The position numbers were made by a program, and so were the translations under genes. 64,000 nt of DNA. Origin: Takakia lepidozioides. Taxonomy: Eukaryota > Plantae > Bryophyta. The notes under the pieces were generated by a model. It searched no databases. It worked only from the letters and a program-made list of their open reading frames with translations, and was not told where the DNA came from. The stretch spans positions 60,202,001 through 60,266,000 of the forward strand of contig CM060733.1 in assembly GCA_030704615.1 (NCBI GenBank). Direction: 5' to 3'. Shown here one piece after another: positions 1 through 14,239 of this stretch. The number at the start of each line of letters is the position of its first letter. Positions within the stretch are counted from its first letter, which is position 1.

Positions 1-89
1 CATTGGGGCCTCACATGCACACACATTGTAACACAAGCTGCCTCTCGAAAATTCATAAAATCAAATGAAATCACACTGCCTTGTATCAC

Positions 90-3000
90 CTCTTCAAATG
101 GGACAAAGACAAATGGGGCCATTCCTCGCCGGTGAGAAATTGCTGGAACGTCTGGGTCGTGTGTCTCATCATCCTGCCACCCTTCAATTGTGTCCATCAC
201 ATCCTCTGCCCCACACATTTCATTGTTGTCCACCCCACAAGTCACCAGGGCAAGCACATCTAGTCGATTGTTGGCTCCAGCAACTGTCCCACGTAGCCTA
301 CACAGTAGATTAATGAAAAAGATGACATACATGCTTAAAAGAGAATGTTACAGTATGTATCAGATAGCAATGTGTGACATCCAAAGGAATCAGCCTTGAA
401 CAATAGTCAGGAACTGCAGGGATGAGAGAAGGTCAATCTACCAGAAAGAGTACATTCATTAGAATTTGCTTGCCATAGCCGCTCACAGACCCTGCTCCTA
501 GTGACAGTAAAGGGGGGGAGAGGAGGAAGGATGATGAGGGAAGAGCACAACATGGGAACACTGTAGGAACTCAAACCCAGGTAGTTCGCCTGACCTTTAC
601 CTTAATTGACCTCTCACTTTTTCGACAAAGCCCTCTACTGTAAAAGTAAAGTGGCCCTCTACTGTAAAAGTAAAGTGTTGCAAGTCCCTCCAGAATTCAA
701 ATCCAAGGAGGGCCACAGCTTTCAGTTTCATCTTGAGCTTCTCTAACAGGCATGCACTGACAGTCTGCTGCTGCTTAGAGATAAGAGCTCATGCTCAAAA
801 TTGTACCCAAAATGTTCATCATAGTCACATGTGACGTCACTGCTTTTGAAGAGGGACACACCATGATAGAGGTTAATAATTAAAAAGTTTGATCTGGGGT
901 GCTTGCCCTTTTGTTGGCAGGGGGCAAAAGATGTGTGTCCCCACACACGTGAAAAATCCACTTATGTGGAGAGAAGTGCATGTACAGGTCATTACAAGGG
1001 AACCTAATTTGAACAGAAATTAGCAGGCACCCACTGTGAACCAGAAAGGCTCAATTACCGGAGGCGGATTCTCAAGACAGTAGGCTTCAAGCCTGTATAC
1101 AAAATGGCGGCATCCACCTGCTGACAACAGTATCCCAACATAACCTGTTACTGGTGGCCATACCACTGTCAACAAATAACGCTTACAATGCCACATAATC
1201 TGCTAGATGGCCCAGTGGTTATGGCAACAGGCCGCCCTGCCATGGTCGTGGGTTCAAATTGATATAGGTGTACATTTGGTGTTTACAGACAACCTTATTC
1301 TAGGACACTGGGTAAACACCTAATAGTGTGCATACCTAGGGGCTAAATTTACTGTGGCAAGGACTCCACAATCGTATTGCCCCTATTATGGCTGTTGGAG
1401 GGTGTCCACCTCCCAAACGGGGTACAGTGGTCCTGTGTGGTGAAGAGACACCATAAATCACACTTGATTCGGCACATGTTATCCCTTTTCTTTCTTTCTG
1501 CATTTCTTAAACTTAATATACTTCAATTACAGAGGAATGACCTGATCATCATTGAGAATGCATCGACCACCATATACTCCATCTGATTTGGAAGGTCGAC
1601 TCTGCATATACTTGGCCACCTCCTTCAACCGCAATGGTGTTGTCTGTTCCATGACACCAGCACTTAGTGTGAATGTCAGTTTGTGTCTATCATACTGCAG
1701 TAGGAAACTGCCTGCCTCAGCATGCACTATCAGAAACAAGAAGAAAAATTCTTGGCAGTAGATCCTGTTATCTGATAAATCAGACCATCTACAATGTTGT
1801 CTGCACCTATAAACCCAAGGATGGGAAACAAGACATCTAGCGATGTAGGTATGCAGGAAGTCAAGAGGAGGCTCCTCACTGTAACTGAGAAGAAGTTCGA
1901 TGTGGTTGGGGAGCCCAAGGCCCAGATAAATCAACAAAGTGGTTTTAACTGGAGATAGACAGATCTTTTATCAATTCAAGCAGATACTGCACAGCTTGCG
2001 CACTTAAGAGACTCTTAGAAGGAAGCAGACACCCTTGAAGTGGACTAACAAATTCATATACCATGAAACAACAAATGGATTGTTGACAAATTGCTAATCT
2101 CCAACCCACCTTATCACTCATTGACATCTAGATCATTGACTCCAAGATCCTAGATACTGTAAGAAAGGAGGGAGACCTTGTAAAGAAACTTGCCACTGGG
2201 GTAGAACCGGATGTATCTGAAGTAGCACACCTGCTCACACACAAAGACAGCACGCTTCTCCTATTATTGGCAAAATCAAGACCACAATTGCCATACACAC
2301 TTTCCCCCCATTACCCTCACAAGGACCAAACCTTTGCTTGTACTCTCCTCCTTCACTCTTTCTTTCCATATCTCTCTGTGTTCCATCTTATCTCTCTCCT
2401 GTCTCTCAAAAACAACATCCTGTGATTACATACTATCCAGGGTTGGGGCTCTTAGGATGTGACGGTTTACAAGAATTCATCTACTAGCAAGTATCCATAG
2501 CAGTGTGGACAGAGAGGGAGGGGTGGGTACCAAGTGCACGGGGTTGGTGATCCTCCACTCGGCAATCCCAGCACGCACATACGTGTTGCGGCTCACATAA
2601 AGCCCTGCAACATTACCACACCAACAATTCATCAGAAAGACAACCAGGCCATCACGGGACAAGTCCCTTGGACTGTTGCTTGCTTTTATACTTCAATTAA
2701 CTTGTATGTGTGTCTGTCTGTCTCTGTCCACATGACACAGTCCCACTACTGGGGGGAAGGTAGTGACTGTTCCCTCTTGTTCTGCCCAAACTGGGCGCAG
2801 GGTAAGGCTAAGGCAAACATCGTCTTATGAGTACATTGACAATGTTCAGTATCCTCTTCCATCCCTTCTGCCTCTCTTCTTCTCTCTATGCCCATCGGCA
2901 AACAACGTCTTATGAGTACAATCTATGCCCATTTTTCTCAACAGTGTGGCTGGCACTGCAACCACAATCCTGTATTTTGCATGTGTTGCAAGTTAGAGTG

Positions 3001-4770
3001 TTATTACAATGTCAAACCCAGCCACAAACCAGAACACCAAAGTGGAGGCTACTGCAACTCAGGTTGGGATGGATTCCATCCTTTCTTGAGCAATGTTTGT
3101 GTCACCAGATTTCTGCTGGCTGAGTGTTTTCAATTTGGGCCTGGGTCTTATGACTGGTGGGCTAAACGCTGCAACTGGCTTGCACAGGATGAGCATCCTG
3201 CCCTCAAGGGTGCTTCAAGTAAATGTCCATGGCAAGGAGTTGTCGAGCACCTCCTTTCTCCTCTCTAGCATTTGACACATACCATCAAATGAGCAACATA
3301 CCATCAAATCGTAGGCGGGGCCGGTGCTGCCACATGGCACGCCATGAACCACCGTAAATTTTCTGCACAATGCGTTCATTCTCCTCCCAACCTGTAACCT
3401 GCATCATCATAGCCAGTCCTGATAAGCTATTGCACAATGACACAATGGAATCTATAACAATCTCTCCAAAAATGTTGTCCCTTCTGCTCATCTCAGACGA
3501 TCCTGTTTTTGAGTTAGGCATGTAAGACAACGCTGCCTTGACTATAGCAATCAGAAGGGACGGAGGAAGAGAGTGGGTTCAACTCAACAAACTCCTTGCT
3601 CTGCCTTCCAAGGACTTTTTTCCTCTGTGGGGCAAAGACCACTTCCTGCCTTAGGCCGCAGATGTGCAGCAAAATGTTACTTTTGGTGTATTGATAGAGC
3701 AGTGCAGAGCATGCCTGCCAAGTCTTCAAGCAAGCATTGCGCCAAAGAGACGGGCTGCGAATTGCATAACGCCACTTCCGGCAAACGCAGGCTGCCCTTC
3801 CTAGCGTATATGCAGCCATCCGCAGGAACACCTGCTTCCCCAACCCACGCCTGCCCCGGGATCAATATTTCACTTTGTGTTTTGGTATTAAAACTACTAA
3901 CAGGCTTTTGCAAGGTTAGCAAATGAACAGGGCCTTTAAGGTCACCCAAAGCGTAATCCCATTTCTAGTATCAACATTTCACAAAAGAATTTCCGGGAAC
4001 ATTAGAAAGCTATGGTCTTCAGAGTACTTCCATGCGCATACAGCCACAGCTCAAAAGGCTTGAGAGGACTCACTGGCATCTATTTCTTCTATGTGTGCAT
4101 ATCTCTGGAAATGCATTCTGACATGTTCCCATGCAGTGTTTTGATGCATATGCTGAGCCACAGCATTAAAGGGGGGAATTTTCACCTCCTGCAGAAGTTC
4201 ATCGGGAAGAACACGGTGAAGAGGGGCAGAATCAAGCACAGGCTTGCTGCTTATGCTTCCTACTGGAGGCACGGGACGCACCCTTGTCCCATATATACCT
4301 GTAACCACATTGTAGCTATCAGCACTAAGAAATGAACAGCTGGATTATTATTTGTCCTTCACAACACCAACTCCAATTGGCTTCCTTGGAGTGTCATATG
4401 ACGAGGGACACATTCAAAGCCCAAAACAAAGAAAGGAGGGGAACCAAGAAATGGGAGAAATTTAGGGGGGTTTGGGGGAGGGGTTGTGAGAGAGAGGGAG
4501 TCACTCCGCGTACAACAGAGTCGTGAAGCATCATAACTAGAAAACGTGAAGAGAGAAGAACTTGTGAGAGCATCATTGTATAAACACGAAACATATAACA
4601 AAGCTCACTCAACCCAGATCAATCGAGCTTACTCAACCAGGGTCGTTTGGTCTCTAGATACTCAATCTTTTTCCAGCCTACCGAACTCGTTGGAGCAGGC
4701 ATCACCATGGCCTTACCCTGTCCTCCCCCAGAAACCATCTCGTCAGTGCTCCTGTGTCTCAACACCTACA
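90..4770 (-). CDS. FBP7: F-box protein 7 (FBXO9/SKIP32-like), multi-exon; last exon lies beyond the left edge and the 5' end is uncertain
   Basis: GT-AG exons at approximately 4767-4716 ([16 protein letters not shown], tentative), 4299-4187 ([11 protein letters not shown]...[11 protein letters not shown]), 3831-3717 ([39 protein letters not shown]), 3398-3301 ([19 protein letters not shown]), 2603-2531 ([24 protein letters not shown]), 2230-2177 ([18 protein letters not shown]), 1645-1541 (LKEVAKYMQ), 1117-1059 ([19 protein letters not shown]) and 297-90 ([13 protein letters not shown]...[31 protein letters not shown]). Colinear with Arabidopsis F-box protein 7 as I recall it. Confidence 0.92.
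1200..1460 (+). mobile_element. Possible tRNA-derived SINE in an F-box intron
   Basis: Pol III A-box-like TGGCCCAGTGG (~1208) and B-box-like GGTTCAAAT (~1251) at tRNA-like spacing; no full cloverleaf and no TSD identified. Confidence 0.35.
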
Positions 4771-7530
4771 GACACACCATGGGGTAGTAACTTGGAACAA
4801 TTCAATAACAAGCGATCGGAGTGTGTGGAGGGATAACTCTCTCTGGTAAACTGGTATATGTGTGCATTATTGCACCCGCAATTGAGACTGCCCACCCCTT
4901 ATGGAGAGACTAAGACCAGCAACCAAAGCGCACATAAATAACCTAATCAGTGGCTGCCTCCCTCACATGTGTCTTGGTTGAAACAATTGGAGTCATCTTT
5001 GGGAACGAGAGGAAATAACACAGTCGAATTTCATGATTCTTCTTTCTTGCCAGCCAAACGGCACGTTGGTACCCACATGTATCACATATCTTGGAAATGA
5101 CTTCAGTAACGTTTATCATGGAAGTGATGACATCGGAGATCGGGAAAAGAGTGCTTACAATGAATCAAGATGCATAAACATGAGGGAAGCTCCGCAAACC
5201 AAGCTAAATTCAGGACCTAAATTTGCAGTGAGCCCATAGAGATCACACGCCAGAACTTTCGGGACGCTAATATTCACTCAAAAGTGCGCACAGGAATGCA
5301 GCTGGAAAGCTCCAGGAATCGTTCTCCACAAGAAACCCTGACCTGGTCCTGGCTTGGGTGGTTCCCGGGTTTTTCTCCATGTTCCCCAACCAGTTCCCAT
5401 TTGCTTACTGATTCTCTCATCAAATTCCCACAACCATCATTATTTCTGGAATCGCCCATCAGCAGCACTGCTGCACCTTGGCCGTTACATCGTCTTTAAT
5501 TATAGCTCTGTGATCAGGGCTGCAATCCTCCAACTGTTCAACACAATCTAGTCGGCAGTTCCTTCTCAGCGCCCACACAACTATCCCTCGCACATCGGAG
5601 CACGCGACGCTGAGTAATATATAGAGGCTTAATTTGGGTATTGATTCCAAGCCTTTTGCTCTCGGCTTCTGCTGATTGATCTCGTTCACATCTACTTGAT
5701 GCGAAGTTTGCTTGCAACTGCACCTTGTTTTAGATCACCCTCAGATACAATGTGTTGAATGGTTTTGTGATAATTTCTTCTTAACACTACTACCTGTATG
5801 GCGCGTCCGAACTCTACTTCCTTTCACTGTGGGTCCTCTGAAACTGATGCCGTTGAGCGGAGATCGCTGTAACGTTTCAGTGTAATTACAGTGCCCCTCT
5901 AAGTACTGGCGACGATCTAGAGTATTTTTGTACACTTATGTTTGCCTTTGTCACAGGATGTATCCATTTTGGGAATGTCGATCTAGTAAACCTCATTTGC
6001 AGACAGTGACATTTGTATATACGAAACAAGTACGTATAGAATCAAAGGAGTAGCATATGGAATGAAACCGCCTAATAAGCCTTGCTTCAAAGCTATCAAT
6101 TGTTGGTACTGCATTTGGTCCATGCCTTGCCTGTGCTCACCCTTCAATCGGGAGTGCTGCAGAGTGGCTACATTGAAGTCCTCCTGCATTTCGTAATTGT
6201 TTGGTTGGGGTCTTGAAAGGGTTGCGTAACCCCTTAAATTGGACTTGGATGCATGGGCCAGTTCATATGGAATTGCTCGTGAGTGCTATCTGGAGTAGAC
6301 AAAGGCCACAGGGGGCGACAGTGACTGACGACCTCTTTGTAGAAACCTCACAACAGTTTGCTAATTTGCTAGCACCCGGTACATCATGAAAAATTAGTGA
6401 TCTGTTGTTTTTCAGCACCTTTCCGTGATTCAAACTGCCCATTCCTACAATCGCATTACATGTATGCAATACCTAATTCCTGCGTTAATATGCAATCCAT
6501 CAGTAGCCTAAATCGCGTTACTCGTGATCAACATCCCCAAAGCACGGTTTTTTACAATTTCATGCTGGCTTTCCCCCATAAGTCTCTGCAGGAAATCTGC
6601 ACTAGAGAACATAGATTAGTACCTTGGAAGACTGTTAGGTCTTGAGCCGGTTTGTTCACATATCAGTGCCGTGACTGTTAAGCTTGCACTACAAAGGCTA
6701 CGATTTACTGTCGTCAAAGCATTGGCATGTGTGCATTCAGGTGTCTCATCTGACCTGGGCGGACCATCCAAAGTTATAGACGCCGATATCCCGGGACTAC
6801 ACAGTCCACCATCCAATAGCATAATTAGTTTGCAAGCTGGATCTCGTGAGCACTTTCTTCAAAGCAATTCTATACTAAGCACTTCGCTAGCCTAGAAATC
6901 ATCCTGTAACGTGTTCATTGTTTTTCCATTGACACTGTACTCCCACTAAACTATGCTTAGGCATTGAAAGGACTCAGGAACACGACAATATTGCACTCTG
7001 CTTGCTAGGGACCCATGATGGTCGATTTGAGGGCTTGAAGCCGAGGGCCGAGACTTAGTACACGTAGAAAAGTTCCAACCGCAAGTATGTTTACCAACTA
7101 ACTAATAAGATCCCATCGATCAAGTCCTCACCGCCCAAAAGATCCAGATTCCAAATTCATACGAGATTCATGAACATCCATTTAAATAGTTCCAGTATCC
7201 CGTGGATGGAACAGTTCTAATCTTGACGTTCTCAAGTTACAATTGAACCGAAAAACATCCCAAAATGCACACTCTCTGGACCTCTGGACTCTGGACCTCT
7301 ACATGTACAGAGCAAGTTGATTCCCGCACGCCAAGCTCGCTCTCACCCAAGTTTTATGAACCGGCCGAGGTCGTGATATATAATCATCTGGAGCTAGACT
7401 TGGCTCAAGGAATGTCACGTCCTCAAAAAGTGCCTAAAGCCCTGATCAAGCAGCTCCAACACTATTGTAGCTGAAACTGCACACTCGGCCTTCCTCTCCG
7501 GCCAAACAGTGACTGCTCAAAGCTATCAAA

Positions 7531-7551
7531 GGGAGAGAGACAGACAGACAC

Positions 7552-7602
<51 letters not shown>
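7531..7602. repeat. (GA)n / (GACA)n microsatellite upstream of RS2Z
   Basis: Seen directly in the sequence. Confidence 0.95.
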
Positions 7603-7607
<5 letters not shown>

Positions 7608-8106
7608 ATGTTATACGTTAGTGACTGTACGTATGTAGTCTCTGTGAATCATACGTATGCATATGAATACGTATCGGGTCAACAGTCGACATCTAATTCC
7701 CCTATAGTATATACCTGATAATTATATTTATATCTATTTTAATAAGTGTTTTTCAATGGCTAAACTGGAGGACAGGGCGGCGAAACAGGAGTTTTGAAAT
7801 TTGCCGCAGTGTACGAGGCAGAGGTTCGGAGGATTGGACCTAAACGAGGCAGAGGTTCGGGGAAGCCAGGGCTAAGGAGCGGGCATGCCAACAACAACCT
7901 GGTGGAGAGAGACGGCTAGCGATGGCGCTTGTGTGAGAGAGAGAGAGAGGGAGGGGTTGACAGGGATTCGTGTGTAGGGGTGCGGGCAGGAGTTGCTGAG
8001 ATTGTGAGGCCGAGTGGTGAGGACGCGTAGAAGCGGGTTTTGAGGGAGAAAGTGTCGGTTTTTGTTGAGTGGGAGTGGGAAGGGGGGGGAAGGGGGGCCA
8101 GGAATC

Positions 8107-11100
8107 ATGCGAGGAGATAGAGAGATGCGTTACGGGGGTGGAGGAGGTCGCTATGAAGATCGTGAGCGTGAACGGGGAGGGCCTACTCGCCTGTATGTTG
8201 GCCGGTTGTCGAGCCGCATACGCAGCCGAGATCTTGAAGATCTCTTCACCAAATATGGCCGGTAAGAGCGCTGGTCTCATGTTTGTAGATTCTAGGTCCA
8301 TGTGGAGCCCTAGATCTGACCTAAATCACGCTTACTCAGCGGCCATCCAAGTGAAAGTAGGGATTGTGGCTTTCTTTCTTGTATAGACCCTTTGTTCTCA
8401 CTCCTTGAGGCGGCAGGGCGCTGGGATCTGCTGAGTTTCTGAGATGTCCAACTTCTGAGGAAGATAGACTCTTTTTCCCTTGAGGAACCTTGCTTCCCCA
8501 GGAAGATGAGAGTTTCGTTCTGTTATGGATACTGGATGGGATTCATAACCAATAGTTCACTTGCTTGCAACATTTAAGTCGTTATTGAAAGGCCTGGTGC
8601 ATGTCATGAATAGTTCCGACGGTTTAGATCAAATGACGCATATGGTTGCTTGTTTGGATGCTTATTTTACTGGAGATTGAAATGATTGCTTGGCATGCGA
8701 TGTAGCTTCAGGGATTCGGAGGTCCTTCAGAGGACCTCCTTCTAGTGCACACCCCCCGATAGTTGAGCTTATAGGGGAGCGGAATGTTACTAAGAAGAGG
8801 GAGTTCTTACCTCTCTCTTACTACCCTTTTGTGTGTACGTTTCGTCTGTCCCTGTTGTTGGTTTAGAAACAATGTGCATATTGTGTGTACTAGGGATCAT
8901 GCAGGAGAGAGGTGCATATTGCATTAGACGGTTCTGTATGTCTGCATCTGGTAGTTAATGGTCTCCTTCGAGACTTGTCAACACACCTTTCCCTATCTCT
9001 GGTTTCTGTGGCGCACCACAGAGTCAGGTGGAGAGTCAGGTGAAGAGTTCCGCAGAGGGCAGCTGACCAGCCATGAAGCCAGTGATGCAGTGTCCAGCAT
9101 TTATCTGTCCATCCCACATCTTGTGAGATGTAGGCTACCTAGCTTTCATATATGAGTGAAATTGTTCTTACCTGGACCTGCCCCTCCCCTCTCCTCTTGT
9201 TCCTGCCATCATCCCTACCTGTATTTCCTTATGCTGGACACTGCACAACTTGCGTGATACACCTTTTCACGCCAGTGCTTTAATCACCTCAGGCAAATCA
9301 AACGAGTACTGTCTCACTCACATGATATGTGGATGAAGGTTGGTGGGTTCTCGCCGGCTGGCCGGGGAGGGCTTTTGGTGAGAGGGATGGCTATGGTGGC
9401 AAATTGGTGGCCCTTGCTTGCGGAGGGGGAGGGCAGGCCCAGGCGCATCTAGGCGCGCATCTGTATGTAGTGATGTACATACATACAGTCATACAAATCA
9501 TACATACATACATGATGGGATGGCATGGCTTGGCATGGCGAATGGTGGATAAAGGGTGTGGGTGTCCTCTGACACGCGGTGACCCGTGGGTGCGCTGCTC
9601 TCTGTCTGTCTGTCTGTCTCTCTCTCTCTGTTGTTGGCGCTCGCCTTTCCCCGCAGAGTCCGAGACGTGGATCTGAAGCACGACTTCGCCTTTGTTGTGT
9701 GTATCCCTGCCCCCTTTTCCCTTGCTTGTTTAGAACTGTCTTTGAGCTGTTCTAGTCTTTGTTGCTCATATGTATTGGTACTTCAATTGTTGCAGTGATG
9801 CATGTCGTATTTCCATAACCTAAAAGCTGTGTTTAATGCCTAATGTGTTACCATTATGTGTATTTTGTTCTCAAAGCCTCAATCTATGTAGTTGATGTCA
9901 TGCATGGTGCTGCTAGTGAGGTTTTGCATCTGTAGAATTCCTTAGTGACTCCTGAGTTGTTTCTTTCCTCCTTTCCTGTCTCACCTGTTCAGTGACAATA
10001 CCATGGAAATTGTTCTTGTCTAACTTTATACTGGGGAGGATTCTGTAGGAGTTTAGTGACCCCCGGGATGCAGATGAAGCTCGTCATTATCTGAATGGGA
10101 AGGACTTTGAAGGGTGCCGCCTGGTTGTTGAGTTTGCTCGCAGGGTATGTAGGTCACTGTTGTTTTTCATAAGCTTCCCAACTGACTGAAAGTGTGCTTG
10201 CTCATTCTGAAGACAACTTGATCTAGATTCAGCTGTCTGCTGTTGCTTATAATTTCTAGAGAGATCAGGGTGGCAGACTGAATCTATGTTTTTCTTTTTC
10301 TTTTTCTTGTTTTTGGGGTGGATGGGGGGAGTACGTGCCAGTGCATTGGAATTTGATGATCATACAGCCTTGACCAACACATTGCAGTGTTGATTGCAGG
10401 GACCCCGAGGACCAGGAGGTATACGGGATCCTGTTCCATCACATGAACTGGTAATGATCCTGCTGCAAGTGACCTCTCTCCTGGACTTTCCTTTTGATTT
10501 GGCACCCTAATGCACCTGAGATAATGTCAAAGATTCACCTAGATGCCAGCTCAAGTAGAGCTTCATAATTCCAAGGTTTGAGGTTCTCAATCTGCTCCTG
10601 AGACTGAATTCCGATTATGTATGATAAGGTACATGGAAGAGCTGGTCACTCATGAGCGATAGTTGCTAATTAAGTTCATGACTTTGATATGTATGTGGGA
10701 GGGCTTCTAATCTGTATTTGGGAGAGGTCTGAAGATCTCATGCTCCATGGTGTCGTGTGCTAGTGTTTAGATGATGCAGTGAAGATGTAAGGGGTGTTGG
10801 GGAGAGGTATTTGACAGAATATGTACCACTCCTTTTTTATTGTGTGTTTAGGTTTGTATGGTTGACACATTTGAGACTTGAGCACTGTCCCATGAGAGTG
10901 TCCTGAAAAGCATGTGTCTTCTAGTACCAAATTGCTGTAAAGATAGAGATATTCAAAAGTCAGCTTTTGCTCAACATATAGCTGCTTGTCTTTATAGCAG
11001 TGTGTTCAACTCTACAGCTTTAGTTACTCTCTAGAAACAACAGACAATACAAGGTGTCCCTTTGTCCCTTTGATAGCAGGGACCGCGAGGGTCAAGTGGT

Positions 11101-12958
11101 GGCCGAGATCGAGGAGAGAGAGGGGCTCCCCCAGGAACAGGACGATGCTATAATTGTGGGAATGATGGACATTGGGCTCGTGATTGCAAAGCTGGGGACT
11201 GGAGAGACAAGTGCTACCGCTGTGGTCAGCGCGGCCACATTGAGCGCAATTGCCGCAACAGCCCCCAGCCTACCAGCAGGTGTGAGGGGCAAATGGAGAT
11301 TGCTCATTTAGTAATCAGATTATGCTTGCAATGATACATGAATGTTTTTTGACATTTTGACAACCGATCTATTGTAGAGCAGCATCACATTGAGTTCTGT
11401 CCCTCTCTCCTCTCCCCCCTTGAAAGTTGAGAGAGACAAAATGGGCGCATTGGTTGATCTAGTAGCAAAGACTAGATATACTTAGTACATATACAGATGA
11501 TAGTACATATGAGTGTACTATCTTGTTTGGTGTATTCCAGACCATTTCTGGCCGCAGGGATGAAATGTGTTAAGATAGTTTGGCAGATTGATTGTACTGC
11601 CATGTTGTTCGTGCTCCAGAGGTGAATCAACAGATGTGATGCAGAAGAGCGGAAGAGGGAGGGACGCAGAAAAACCAAAAGCATGTGTGTGATAAGTAGC
11701 TATGAAAGGAGATCATGGAACTAATACAGATACCTTGCATGTAGGGTCTGAATGTGAAAGCTAGATTGACCTGAGATGACCCCTGTCCTGAAATTGAATC
11801 CTCAGGGGGAGGCACGACAGAGAAAGAGATGGCTCCCGCTCACGCTCACGCTCCTATACTCCCCGAGGGTCCCCTCCACGTGGCACCAGGCGCGGCAGAA
11901 GCCGGAGCAGGAGCTACAGCAGAAGCCGGAGGTGAATAATGCAACTTTGCTCTCTCTCTCTTTCCGTTCTTGACAAGTGTGTGATCGGCACCCACAGGTT
12001 TGAATATGATGGCTCTAAAAGTGTATGATGAAACTGTTTTGGACGAACTAGCACCCTCTTCCTCTCCCGCATTGTTTGTGAACAACTTTGTGATAAGCTA
12101 AGCTTCTAATTTAACTAACTTGTGCAATAAAAGGCTTGTGCTGCTGTTAAGCTGAAGCAACTATCAGCTTACTGTAAGTGTTGGCAAACATGGGATGGCC
12201 AAGTCAGGTGACCTCAAAAAGGTTGACTGATGCAGACAGGTGCGGCATGGCCATATCTGACAATTCTGGCCCAACCATGCTCTCTATCCTTCATACTTCG
12301 GTCTCTTGTTATGGGGCTTGTAGTGTGAATCAGCATTTCTGGTTGTTAAGGATGATGGCTGACTTTGCCTGGTTCCTTTCCAAGCAGCTGCCAGGAAACC
12401 TCGTGTGACTCTGTATGGCTTTCTTTTAATTATTGTATAATAGGCTGGCAGAGTAAGAACGGATTTTGAAGAATAAGCTCAATGCACTGGTTGTTAGAAT
12501 GTGCCATAATTTGTGGGATTCAAAAGTTGATTGTGTCTTGTTGACTGTTCTTTGTTTTCTGGGGCAGTGCATCTCCAAAGAGGGACAGCCGCAGCCCTGT
12601 TAAGGAGGATCGCCGCAATCCAACGGCTATGACCCGTAGCCGTAGCCCAGCTTTGAGTGGAAGCCCACCTCGCAAAGTCGCTCGGGAGGTGAATTCGCTC
12701 AGCCCTCGTGGGAATGGTCGAAGCCCAAGTGCAAGTCCTCCCCCACGCAGGAACGCCAGAGTGAGCCTCAGTCCCAGTCCACGAAAACGAACCCCCAGCC
12801 CTGGGCCTGAAGCTGGCAATGGCAGCCCTGGACCCAATGGTGTTAGCCCTGGGGTAGATGCGGGACCTGATAGCCCTCTTGTTGAACGTGAAGTCTCTCT
12901 TCCTCAAGATGATGATCGGAGCCCCAGCCCATCTGGTGAACATGGTATTTCTGAGTAA
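8107..12958 (+). CDS. RS2Z: Plant-specific SR splicing factor, RS2Z subfamily (RRM + two CCHC zinc knuckles + RS + SP-rich tail)
   Basis: Exons 8107-8261 ([26 protein letters not shown]), 9657-9696 ([13 protein letters not shown]), 10049-10144 ([32 protein letters not shown]), 11080-11279 ([38 protein letters not shown]), 11821-11931 (RS repeats) and 12568-12958 (SP-rich, TAA). All introns are GT-AG and phases are compatible. Confidence 0.95.
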
Positions 12959-14239
12959 AATCATCTGTTGAGGGTTCAGTGGCCTTTTTCTCAGTTTGCA
13001 TTTTGAGTGGGTAAACTTGCTACGGCAAAGCTGGCAGTAAGGCTCGTATGTGAGACGATGAAGTCATATGGTGAAGGTGGGGCCCGGGTGGGCTCTGTAT
13101 GTTCATTTGGAGCCGACAAGGGTACAAAGTGGAAAAAAGGTCAGATGGCACCCTGATTCATGAGGCAGGGCAGTTCAATTTGGCTTATTCGTGAAGGCAT
13201 CAGGGGCAGGCTTAGTACTAGGTTGCGTTCGCAGTTGATGAAAGTCTAACAAGATGTGCTGAATGCTTTTGATTGAGCTTATGCTGAGATAAGCAGTGTG
13301 TGAGACTCCGAACTATCAATTTTCTATGTAATGGACTTTGATTTCTCTTTGTCTCTGTAGCTCCTCTCTTGGATATTTTCGTACGTAGTCCATACATGCT
13401 GATTTGTCTCCCAATTTATACAGCAAAGCCCACAATTTTACCAGTTTGAAGACTCCTGACAAACGGTCGAGTCTAGCCAAAAAGAACTGGGTCCAGATCT
13501 CATAGGAAGCTGCATCACATGCATAGAGAGCCCACCTTGCAACCAGGATTCTTTTTCTTGAAATGGGCTAGGTAGCCCATGTGGTGATTCAATTTACAAC
13601 AAGATGCTCCTATGGTGGGACAAATCATATGGTTGTAGAATTGATTGGTTACATCACCTTGAAAGAAATCGAAATCTGGGGACTTGTGGAAATTGTTGAG
13701 CTTAGTTCAACAGGCTGCCAGCGAATCCCCCGCCTGGGGTTGGTTGCTTGCTGATCCCGCTCTCAAATGGCCCAGTAAGTAGACCCCCCTGTGAGTGGGA
13801 ATCTGGGGGTCCAGAGCTGAGGGATTTGGACTTGCATGATAATGTAGGGATGGAAATATTGGGGGCCTCTGATGAGAGCCACGCTGCTTCCAAAGTGGTG
13901 GAGACGAACGTGTGTAACCTTATCGCCCTGACTGCAGAGGTGCCTCCACACTGTGAGGATAGGGAGTTGGTTGGTAGGATACTTGGCAAGCGAGAGAGAG
14001 CTTTGGTGCAGGTACAATGAAGAGGGAGGGCTGCAACGGGTCTGCAACCAAGGTGATGGTGTATAGGTGTATACAGGGTTATATGATTAGAGGGTGCGCT
14101 CTTCATAAAATTAAAATGCTATACTATCTGTATGTAACTTATGCGATGCTTATTTTTCTACTTGAAATTACTTCTCTGGACGACGCACTATCATCTGTTT
14201 CAATTCGACCTCGTATCCGAGCGATGTGTATGCAGAAGC

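Noticed and set aside
2827-3275. Cys-rich ORFs or a LINE 3' remnant in an F-box intron
   Set aside because: Only a faint resemblance (CP...VW) to the LINE zinc-binding region; too weak to call.
4800-7500. Short ORFs between the F-box and RS2Z genes
   Set aside because: No recognisable domain; they may be F-box 5' exons, UTR or decayed sequence and cannot be supported.
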